From: Dimorphilus gyrociliatus
Taxonomy: Eukaryota > Animalia > Annelida
NCBI GenBank assembly: GCA_904063045.1
Contig: CAJFCJ010000001.1
Coordinates: 1,426,001 to 1,490,000 of the forward strand
DNA: 64,000 nt
Direction: 5' to 3'
The notes below the pieces were generated by a model. The model was not told where the DNA came from. It made no database searches and saw nothing but the letters and a program-made list of their open reading frames with translations. Position numbers and translations under genes: made by a program. Shown one piece after another: positions 38,017-48,995 of the stretch (positions are counted from its first letter, which is position 1; each line of letters begins with the position of its first letter).

Positions 38017-39520
38017 CTAAGCTTCGCTATCGTTCCAATCATCATCATCACATTCATCATCTTCTTCGCTACTATCATCCTCTCCTTCAACAGCTTTCCT
38101 TCTTACATTAAAGGCTAAGTCCATAATTGCCTGAACATCGTTAAAATTTGTTTTCTTTCGGGCGGCTTCCTCGGTCTTCTCAACTTTTCGTAATGTAATA
38201 CCAGTCCTAATAGCTTCAAGAAGATCAGACCGAGCGTCTGTTTCCTTTGGAGCCTGGGGTTCCACTTCAACTTTCTTTAATTGTTTATTTCGTATTGCAT
38301 CAGCAAGAGACAAAGGACCAGACCCATCTACGGTCGCTTTGAAATCTATCAAAAATAATTTTAGTTTTTAAATCAGAGTAAAAATACGCTATTTTACTAT
38401 CTAACCTGCAGGAGGTGGAGGTGGAGTAGGTATTGCTCCATATCCTTCCATAGGAGGTGGAGGAGGTTCTCCAAAATTTCTTGGAGAAGAGGGAAGAGAG
38501 CTTATAGGTGAAGGAGGAGCGGGTAAAAAATCATCTTCCAGCGGTTCCGGCAAAGGTGGTGGTGGAAGAGGCGGAAAATCATTTGACACCGGGATTTCAT
38601 CTGTTGGTGGAATTGGAATCGAAACCGTTGGCTCCTTGGTTGGCGGCGGAGCTGGCGGAGGCTGATGAGGTCGAGCTTTTGTACTGCGCGTTTGAGCAGG
38701 AGACGGCTTTCTTTCGTTAATTTCGTTTTGAGTGTATCCATTATGAACTTTTCCAGTTTCAACTTTTCTATCGACAACTTCAGCGGAATGCCCGAAGCCT
38801 TGCATCCTCTCTTTTTGCTTTTGAGAGGCGAATTCCTTACCATGCTTTTGCTGAGCATAAATTTCCCGATTTTCATCCATAATTCGAATTTCTTTGTTCG
38901 ACTTTTTAGGACGGTGTCTTCTTTTACGTTTACCGTCCTTTTGAGCTTCTTCTGTACTCTTCAACATATTTTGTTGCCAAAGCTCAAAGAAATAAGTTGT
39001 ATCAGTGTAAAATTTCAATGAATCCTTTCCATCCTCCCTAAACTTGTTTAATTTATTCAATGGTGGAGGTGCCTCGCACAGTTCGTAAGTTGAAATTAAC
39101 GCGGTTGGTCGAGTATTAACGCTCATAATCTGTTGATCCTTTACCACGGCACTTCTAAAAGATTTTTTCGTATTGATATCTTGTAACGACACTGCATTGT
39201 GTAAATATAACACAGAGTGCAAACGAAGTAATTATTGCATTTGATTAATTACCCTCCTCGCCTGAAGAATCCAACTGCCTGACCTTTTTACTAAGCTGAT
39301 CTACCCTGTCAGATAGGACTCTTGTCCTATCAAAGATCGTTGTAACCTCTTCGGTAAGTTCGGAGAAAATATCTTGGGCATGGTTGCTCAAGGAACTCAG
39401 TTGCCTGATTACGTTGGACAGGGTATGATTTGTTACGCATTCAAGTTCATTTGGTGTTCCGGCAACGGCGGCACCTCTACTTAAATGAACTGGTTCTACC
39501 GTGCGTTTGATTAGCGGCAT
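38017..39520 (-). CDS. WASF: WAVE/SCAR family actin nucleation-promoting factor
   Basis: WHD (MPLIKRTVEPVHLSR...NELECVTNHTLSNVIRQLSSLS; KFYTDTTYFFELW), basic patch, polyproline region and C-terminal WH2-C-A ending DDDDWNDSEA; three coding exons. Confidence 0.92.
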
Positions 39521-41273
39521 TCTTTAGATCTAGGAAAGAAAAGAACAACCCGATCAATTGATTTTTGAATTAGGAAGTGATTACTGATTCCTGCAGCCGG
39601 AAAATCACAAGCAAGTAAAAAATTCGGGAAGCCAATTCAATTCGATTACATGCACCTTCTTACTATCGAATTTAACTTTTATGTTTGGGATGTTAATATT
39701 TAGAATATAAATATAAGGAAGTTACTAGTAGACGATGACACACCCACGGAATAAGCTCTTCCAGTTAGAAAGAGTTTCCTGAAACAAGAAACATGCATGC
39801 GTATAAAAATACAACTGACCTTGGGTTGATAATCGAACGAACTTAGCTAACAGTTTCAGTAAAATCACATTTCTTTCAGTTGTTTAGGCATGAATCAAAA
39901 TAACATGGCGGCCGAGGTGCAACGAGACTTTACGAGATGTCGGCACGATAGTCTCGTAGCCGAATGAAAGAATTCGTATTATATCCTCATAAAACCATAT
40001 AATAAGTACTAAATAATTCTAACACATGCAGAAAGTTTAATTCTATATTATAGGTCTAACTATACGTCTATAAAACATCTACTTTACGCTATTAAGCTAA
40101 GGACATAAAACTATAAGAGCCATAAAGTTTATAAAAATCATATAATTTTAAGCAATAAATAAAAGTCAAAGAAATAATACCAAAATAAGAAGAAATAGTT
40201 GCAATTCTACTATTTGAAGAAAAAAACTTTCAAAAAATGTTTAATATCATAACATCAACACCTTTAGCTTAGTCAGTTGAGAGTACAATGCATGAATAAT
40301 ATTGTAAGATAAGTACAAAATCAACCGGATTCAAATTGAAAATGTGCGTATATTAGACAAATAGATAAAATAGAAATACGATAGATACAATGAGATTATT
40401 ATTCCTATTTAAGGCTACTAATTGAGATAGCGCTGAATGAAATATATTACTTTACGTATAGATTTTTACGTTTTTCAACGGCTGCTCCTAAGGCTTTTAG
40501 TTACAGAGTGGAAAATGTAAATTAAATTTATCCTTGTCTTGTCAGTTTTATCCTAGTTAAAAACCTTTGGATAAAGGAATAATCTCACTGTTTACAAACA
40601 CACTTTCCACTTCTCTGTCTATACTTTCTGTAAATATTTCATTAATAACTCATATCTACAGGAGCTGGGCCTAACAGATTGCTTTGCGACTTACTGACAC
40701 GAGTAAATAGAAACAGCCTATATTTAATATAGCTTTTTGTTTCCACACGTATTTAACCTTTCTGCCGATAACCTTTGACCTTTTCATCCTCTTAACGCTT
40801 TCCCATCAGCCTAGTTTACGAGATATAATAGAAAGGGAAGGCGTTAGAGGATCAGCTTACAATAAGTTACCAATTAAACATTTTATGTATATGAATAAAA
40901 GCTCCTTTTCTTATTTACTATGTAATTACTATGAATTAAATACCATTAAGGCAATTTTTGCTGTAATGGCTTTTTCACTAGTAAATGGCTTGGCAAAGAA
41001 TAAACTTGCAAAATTATAGAAAGCGCGAGAAAAGGAGAAAGATATAAATTGAATACAAACACAAGAGATGCTCCACAAAAAAGGAGTTGATAAAGTTTCG
41101 ATATGATGAGCTGATAAGAACTTAATCAAAATTTTCCTAGATGATGGATTGCTGTGGGGGAAAAATTCAGAGGGAGTGAGCTGCTGTCAATTGGAACTGT
41201 AATAAATCTATAAAAGGGAAAATCGTATCTATCATCTCTTCTATATAACTGTATTAAATGAAGTCTCTACTGT

Positions 41274-42311
41274 CTAAATATAATCTGGCCCAGGAACAAA
41301 AGGGTTTAGAGAGCATTCAATTTTGTTATAGTTAAAACCGGGTAATGTTTGATATTTACTAGCAACATACATTCTTGGTATAACACACAAACTGGAAGTT
41401 TGAAAATTCTCTCTATTAGCCTTGCAACAGGAAGCGAAAATTTTCATTTCTTCGAAATCCTGTTCGTAGATAAGACTCATTCCTGGACTACATATAAAGT
41501 GAAAAACAAATTTTAAACGATTTCCCAGTCGCCTTTTCAACGCCTCATAGACGTCTATGAGAAAAGCATGACGACATCTCTGAAATAGAATATGACGCCA
41601 TTCCACGTTTAACTGTTTAATTAAAAATTCAGCCATTTTCGATTCTGCTTCTGCGTTATCTTCAACACGAAAGTCTATTAATTCTGTTCCAGTAAATCGT
41701 ATTCTCCTAAATTTATTTAACAAATTTAACTCTTCGTGGTCGTCTATTATAACGTAAACAACAGGTGATTTAATAGTATTTCCTACTCTTAAGCCTGCAG
41801 GATCTGAATTAGAATCTTCTAATTTAATATTCGCTTCCTCAATAACTCTTAAATTGGAAGCTGGTCTCTTAGGGCCACATCTGGAGTAAAAAATGTCGTA
41901 AAATCTAATTTCCCTTTTGTGAGACCTCCACGTTAATTGAAATTCTATTAATGAACTTAGCTCTATATTCATCGTTCTTACTGACCATCTAAGAGTTTGA
42001 TTACAAATTGTGTTGAAATCATTGAATACTCTTATATTCCAAACAGTTGTCTGACCGTACATGGGATCTGAATTTGTATTCCTGAAAATTAAATACTAAA
42101 AGTCCTTTTACAATTGATTTATTACGGAATACTCTCACTAACTCGGTCGGAGATCCTGCAGCTGCAAGTTTATATTGTAAGTTTATTATTAACAGTATTA
42201 TTATCAACATGGTGATTTCCTTTATTACGTTTCGCAAATTTTAAATTCCAATTTCTCTGCGTCGTTGCGAAAAGCAGGACAGAAATGAATGCAATTTTCT
42301 TTCTGATCATA
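41274..42311 (-). CDS. SEFIR-domain-like protein (IL-17 receptor/Act1 superfamily), 5' end uncertain
   Basis: The 262-aa ORF contains VYVIIDDHEELNLLNKF...TGTELIDF and FHFICSPGM, resembling SEFIR box motifs (IL17RA KVWIIYSADH...VLKF...GTEVALD; IIVLCSRG). Upstream in-frame exons KENCIHFCPAF... and TCRISDRVSESIP can be spliced on. Assigned by eye. Confidence 0.5.
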
Positions 42312-42549
42312 GAAAGAAAATATATGGACAGATGTAATTTTCTGATTAAGAAAATAGAATATGATAAATCTTTTACATTCTACTATCTTCAATTATATTA
42401 TTAGTGTAAAAATATTCGTAATATTTCTTTTTGGAATTTATTTGATATTCCCGCCTTATTGTTATAATGCGAAAGATTCATTACATGCGTTCTAAATTGT
42501 GTAATCTATTTCTTTTATCGCTCGCTGGATATATTTTTTAAGCAAATAC

Positions 42550-44627
42550 ATGTCAATTTCTTGGGTTAAAATAAAAAAAATCCCACTTTTATTTTATTCT
42601 ATTCGAAAAAGAGTATCAGTTAAATCTCTAGGAAAGAATGCTAGATTCGGTAAGTAGTACGATGACTATGAACACCCTTTCATACATCGTTAATTTGTGA
42701 TTAGCTGGAGCAACAGCCGTAGGTCTCGGTGGGCTTTTCATCGGATATTATACCAAAAACAATGCCAATCCTTTATCCTTAGACGAAAATGAGACGGCCA
42801 TTCTACAAAAAAGTAAGTATAATGTATTGCTTTAAATAAGAAATTAAACATTTTTTTATCTTCCGATATTTAATTAATTTTTTTCTTCTACTTTATCTCA
42901 AATAGATAAACTTAAGTTTTGGAATTTCTTCAACAATTTGTCTCTCTCTCTCCAAGCAAAACTATCAAGGAACATTCAAACCCTCTTAAATTTGGCTGAG
43001 CATCATGAATCATATATTAGAGACCTAGCAATTAACAACATTATTCAAACTGAATGGAGTGATAATGATTTAAATTTGATTGAACTAGTTGCGTCTGATC
43101 GTATTCAAGTATTGATTTCATTAAAGGAAAAGACTAATTTAGAGGTAATTTTAAGACACAATCAAGTTTTTTGTGACTAATATTCATTACTTCTGGAATT
43201 TTAGTTATTGAAATTTAAAGAAAATTTAAAGCCCTGTGGGGAATCATTAGAGCTATTAATGAAGGAAAGCTTAAAGAAAATTATCCCATCGGATACTTAT
43301 TGTAAATATTTACAAAATTGTGCTCTGAGTGAAAAATGGCTTAGTGAGGAACAGCAGTCTTGGTGGAGTTTTTCAGAGTCTTCCTGTGAAAAAATTGTTG
43401 AATTGGAAGATTCTGAACAGTTTTATGCTATGTATTTGGATACTTATTGCACAATTTGTCAATCTGATGACTATATGCAATTTTTAGACAATAATGGTTT
43501 ACTGATTTTGAGGCAAATTCTAGATGATAGTCCTAATGATCTTCTCCTGACAACGAAAGTTGCAAAGATTCTTGCTGTGCTATCATCTCATAAAGAGACT
43601 CATTATCTTATTTCTAAAAGTGGTTTTATAAGTCTCTTTGCAAAATGGATGAGATCAAGTGATCTTTCTCTATCTCTTTATGCAAGTAAATCTCTGTGGA
43701 ATATGCATGATCCCACGAGTATTTATGCAGATGGAGTTTACCTATATTTTCCTTTATTTTTGAAAAGTAGTGAACCAGAAGTGGATATCATTTTTGTTCA
43801 TGGATTAAAGGGCGGACCATTTCGAACTTGGCGTCAAAAGGATTCATCAGATAATAAGGTTGATATTATTTATTAAATATATACTAAATTGGTAAAATTC
43901 ATAACCATTTCAGTCTCCAAGTTGTAAATGTTGGCCAAAGGATTGGTTGGCAAAAGACATTAAAAATTGTAGAATAATAGGTGTAGAATACGCAACCAAA
44001 TTATCAGATTGGACTTCCCCGAATCAAGATCCTCTACCCCTTAGAGCAAAATTTATGGCTGCAAAATTGAAAGAAGCTGGAGTTGGAAAAAGACCCATAA
44101 TTTGGGTGGGTCATTCAATGGGAGGACTATTAATAAAGCACATGTTGGAAGATGAGCATTTAATCGAAAAAAGTCATGGATTTATATTTTATAGTGTTCC
44201 CCACTTAGGATGCCCCTTAGCATCCTTAACAAACAATCGACTCGCGTCCATATTTAGTCCCTCTCTAGAAGTTCGTGAACTTCATGAGGGAAACAAAAAT
44301 CTGATAAAACTAAATGAAAACTTTTTAGAAATTATTCAACATCGCCAATTACCTGTCTTCAGTTTTGCTGAAGGTTCTGCTTCGCAATTTCCTTTTGGAA
44401 TAAAACGAATAATTGTTCCAGAAAGTTATGCCTACCCGGGTATTGGAGAATTTAGAGTTATGGCTGAGCTTAACCACCTGGATATCTGTAAACCAAAAGA
44501 TCGAGAATCTGATTTATATCTTGAAACTAAAAATTTCATTCTGAGAAATGTTTTTCAGAAAATTAGTATTAAAGCGGAAGAAGAAAAAGATTATTTTTAT
44601 TTAAGAAAATTTGTTTGTATTGATTAG
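42550..44627 (+). CDS. SERAC1: Serine active site-containing protein 1 (alpha/beta hydrolase, mitochondria/ER contact)
   Basis: Basic N-terminus plus TM (AGATAVGLGGLFIGYY), DIIFVHGLKGGPFRTWRQ, CWPKDWLAKD, lipase motif WVGHSMGGLLIK, FYSVPHLG and NHLDICKP. Confidence 0.88.
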
Positions 44628-45014
44628 AATCGATGCCAACCAAAAGTGATTAAAATTCTAAAAATACAATCGCTTTAGAAGTTTGATTTCGAAACTCATT
44701 AAGGTTTTTTTCCTGAGAAAGATTAAAAGTAAGATTACTTACCTAGGAGTAATTTTATATATATATGAAAAAGTATCATTTAACAGTCTGCTATTTTAAA
44801 ATGAGATAATAAAAAAAAGACGGGCTATGAAGAATGAAAAAATTGCAATTCATAAATTACAAAATTAATTAAAATTTTGACTTTGAGCAAATTATTGTCG
44901 CAGAAAAAGAATAAAAAAATTAAAGATGATTTTCTCATAACAGAATAATTTAAAAATTTTAAGTCACGCGAGAAAAAATTTTGTACGAAAACGCGGAGCA
45001 GACTACAAGCGATA

Positions 45015-47171
45015 ATGGCGACCAACGCAATTTCGTCGTTAGCCGTATATGATTCTTCTGATTCAGAGGAAGATCAAACTGAAGATTCAGAAGCCAAATT
45101 ACATTTGAAACCAATAGAAAAGAGTCATAGTACTGCTTTATCAACATTATCATCAGCACCTGAAGTAGCCTCAAAGGTATATAACCGCTCACGAATTATG
45201 AAACCCCATTGATTTCTTACCTTGTTTCAAAATTTCTTTAACTGATTATTGTCCTTAACAGTATGACATTGAGAACAGACTCCTTGTAGACAAAACAGTT
45301 ACAGAATTAACTTATAATCCGAAGACAGAAGACCTTTATGCACCTGATGTAATTATATTTATAATTCTCGTGTTGTAATTTAACTTTTTCAAATTTATTA
45401 AAGCTTGGTCCAGAAAATCCATTCAAATCTGAACATCGAAAAGCCTCAAAGAATGCTTTCTCAGGTTTTGTAGAAAAAGAACATGTCAGTGATTTTCATT
45501 TTGAAGCACAGCGAAGAACTTTTCATCAATTTGGTAAATGCAAACTTAAATAGTATAATCAATTTGTAATAAGCTAACTTGTGATAAACTATAGGTTATG
45601 CAAATGATCCTACCATTGGATCTAATCAATTAATTGGAGATGCAGAAAAAGGGGAAAAAGAACAGAAGTTTATCTTTGATCCTGGCAATACTGCTCGACC
45701 AGGTGACAAAAGGAAACGTGAAAGAAATGACGATCCTTCTGACATAGAAGGTTTTAAAGGCCCCTGGGCCCCATTTGCAGATGAACAGAGGATTGCAGTT
45801 CCTTCTGACGAAGACAAGAAAGCTATTGAAGAATATATGTCAAAAAATAGTAGTAAAATTAGAAAAGGTCAAGTTGAAACAGCTTCTGTTGAAGAAAAAA
45901 CAACTCTTCATATTAAGGATCCATATGATTATCAGGGAAGATCTTTCCTTCATCCACCTCAAGATGTTGGTGTAAATTTGAAATCAACTGAGCCGCCTCT
46001 AAAGTGTTTCATACCGAAACGTCTTATTCACACGTGGACTGGTCATTCAAAGGGAGTATCAAATATAAAATGGTTTCCAAGATCAGCTCATTTACTTTTA
46101 TCAACATCTATGGACTGTAAAGCCAAGCTATGGGAAGTCTATAATGAACGACGTTGCGTTAGAACATACGTCGGACATAAACAAGCTGTTAAAGATGCTT
46201 GTTTTACAAATGACGGAATGAAATTTCTTACAGCAGGATACGATAGATATATTAAGTTATGGGATACTGAAACAGGACAATGTCCGTCCAAATTTCTCAG
46301 CAGAAAAGTTCCCTTTTGTGTTAAAATTCACCCCGACGCAGATAAACAACATTTTTTTGTCGTTGGTACATCCGATAAGAAAATAATTTGCGTAAGTAGA
46401 CATCTATTTGTTTAAATAGAATAAGTACAATTAACAATTATGAATATTTTTATATACAGTGGGATATGAGATCTGGCGACGTTGTTCAAGAATATGATAG
46501 GCATTTGGGATCCGTAAACTCAATTACTTTTATTGATCAAAATCGACGATTTGTTTCGACGTCTGATGATAAATCAGTTCGTGTTTGGGAATGGTAACTA
46601 TTCTGCTTTTTAGTTGTGCCTATGGTAAAAATAATATATTCTCTAACAGGAATATTCCAGTTGATTTTAAGTATATTGCCGACCCTTCCTTGCATTCTAT
46701 GCCTAGTGCATCATTATCACCAAACGGTAAACATTTTTATTTCAATAAATATTTAAGTAGTAACTCCTTTATAATATTTCTTTTTCAGGTAAATGGTTGG
46801 CTTGTCAATCAATGAACAATCAAATATGTATATTTAATGTTTTAAATCGAATGAAATTGATGAGAAAAAAAGTATTTAAGGGTCATATGGTGGCCGGTTA
46901 CGCTTGTAGCTGCGACTTCTCACCTGAGATGACGTAAGTCGATAAAAGCACTTTTCTACAATATGTAGACTATAAAACTGGCTTTTTTTGTAGATATTTA
47001 ATAAGTGGTGATGCAGATGGCAAAGTTTTTGTTTGGGATTGGAAAACGAGTAAACTTTATAAACAATGGAAAGCTCACGATGATGCCTGTATTGCTGTTT
47101 TGTGGCACCCGCACGAGACGAGCAAAGTGGTCAGCGCTGGATGGGACGGCGTTATTAAATATTGGGACTAG
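45015..47171 (+). CDS. CDC40: Pre-mRNA processing factor 17 (WD40 second-step splicing factor)
   Basis: [42 protein letters not shown] repeats, HMVAGYAC and [22 protein letters not shown]. Confidence 0.93.
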
Positions 47172-47209
47172 AGTTTTATTGTTAAAACTAGTAAATACAT
47201 CCATTTTTT

Positions 47210-47847
47210 TTATTTAAGCTGAACATTTTTGTGTTTGATATCGCAGTTTGGTAGAGCCTTTCGTAATGAATCAAATGTTGATTGATATCTGACTGAAGGT
47301 AGACCCTCTAGAACTAGACTTTTCAATTCTGTTAGTTCTGTGAGACTTTTAATACCTTCATCAGTCACACCCAACAAATTGACCAATTCCAAATTTTGAA
47401 GTGAAGATTTCAAGCTATCCAACTTACTCAAAGCATTGTCTTCAACGTATGGACAAGAATTCATAAGAAAACTTCTAATATGATTACAGCCCTTAAGATG
47501 AATAAATCCAACATCCATTATTGATGAATCAATTGCTTCTACCTCAAACAACAAATTCTTTATGGATATGGAAGGAAGTTGGTTATAGTCTTCCAACCAC
47601 GAAGTGTTGTTTGTCCATTTAACTTTTGCTCCACATCTTAAAAGCCATTCAGCGCATGCTCTATCGGGTCCGACTTGCTCGATTCTATCCATGTTGGGCC
47701 TATATTATTTGAAATAGATTGTTATGAAATTGTGATATTATTTATAAATGTATACTTATTCGGAATCTGAGTCAACATTCTTAAGAGATTTCTTTTCTGA
47801 ACTAGAAAATGTCTTGCAGAGAGAGCACCAAATTTCATAGTATTCAT
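47210..47847 (-). CDS. DMAC2L: ATP synthase subunit s / factor B (mitochondrial LRR protein)
   Basis: Presequence exon MNTMKFGALSARHFLVQKR... spliced to DRIEQVGPDRACAEWLLRCGA...DYNQLP...DSSIMDVGF...TDEGIKSL, matching ATP5S/factor B. Confidence 0.85.
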
Positions 47848-48983
47848 AGTGGGAATTTGTAGAGTTTAGAATCTTCAACTAGATTTACTGGTGCAACTAA
47901 TTTGTGATAGAAGGGATTTAGAAATTTGATTTCATTCAAGAAACTTTATACTGACATAAGCAAAATGTAGCCTTCACATTGACGAAATACAGACGTATTG
48001 TAATTCTCTGAAAAGCCAACAGATGGCTAAAACTAAGGAATAAGAAATACTTAATCAGTTTATCAATGGCATTATATCAATAGTTAATTGAGTTATTTTT
48101 TGATAATAGAATGGCAAAGTAATACTCTAATTGTTAGGTTAAGAATAACTGGATGAAATTGCTTACAACATGCTTTTTTTATTATATATTATGTTTTATC
48201 AATACATTATATAGTAATCGAGTTTGTATTGTAGATGTCGCTAGCATATTTTTAAATTGACAACTTTTATATCGGTGCTTTTTTTTCCAGTATTCATCGA
48301 AATGACTAAATTGAATTTTGGTGTTTTTAAACGCAAAATTCCTATATTCATATAAATTAAAGTTATAATCATAAAATCTAATTTATAAGACGATATAATG
48401 ACTACTCCTCTCTGATAGCAAAATTATAAATTTTGAAAGAGCATATTTATTATAAAAGTTACATTATCCCTTAAGTAAACTTATTTTAAAATTTAAAATA
48501 ATAATTTACATCTGCTCAACTGCATATAAAAATACTATTAACATTTTTTGTGTAATATTCAAAGATAAAAATTGAATGAGCTGTGAAGTTCTAAATTGAA
48601 AGTTCAATGGAAATAGCAACTACTCTTTAAATAACAAAACAACCTTCACATTGACAAACGTTTTTATGTCGTTTTTTTGGTTAAGAAGCGGCAGATGGCG
48701 AATCAGAGATACTCACAATATAATATTGAATATCTTACTTATGCCCTCTACACTTTAATATGATAATTTGTTTTAAAGTGATTTGTGGAAATTTTATCTA
48801 CAAGATATTTCATCATTTAATTGGTAAGACTTAGATTTAGTTCGCTAATTAAAGTTTCTAGTAACAAATTATGCTTTTTTCGGATAAAATGTATACACAC
48901 CGATAGGTAGCGCCAGCGAAACAAGAAAGGTAAATAAAAAGTAGTGCACCTTCCCAAACGTTTTTCATCGATTTTCGCCAATT

Positions 48984-48995
48984 CAAGATGGCGGC
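48984..48995 (+). promoter_or_regulatory. TISU / YY1-type element CAAGATGGCGGC overlapping the SF3B1 start codon
   Basis: Exact match to the TISU consensus SAASATGGCGGC. Confidence 0.65.

Noticed and set aside
38502-39021. Overlapping ORFs within WASF
   Set aside because: Shadow frames of the GC-rich polyproline exon.
40000-41250. Roughly 100-codon open stretch (about 40710-41020, +) and TGA-interrupted coding-like text, considered as a pseudogene, NUMT or stop readthrough
   Set aside because: No recognisable motif; TAA and TAG stops are also frequent; no mitochondrial gene could be recognised.
42019-42237. Apparent signal peptide ORF MLIIILLIINLQYKLAAAG
   Set aside because: Better explained as AT-rich intron between in-frame exons of the SEFIR-like gene; cDNA is needed to exclude it.
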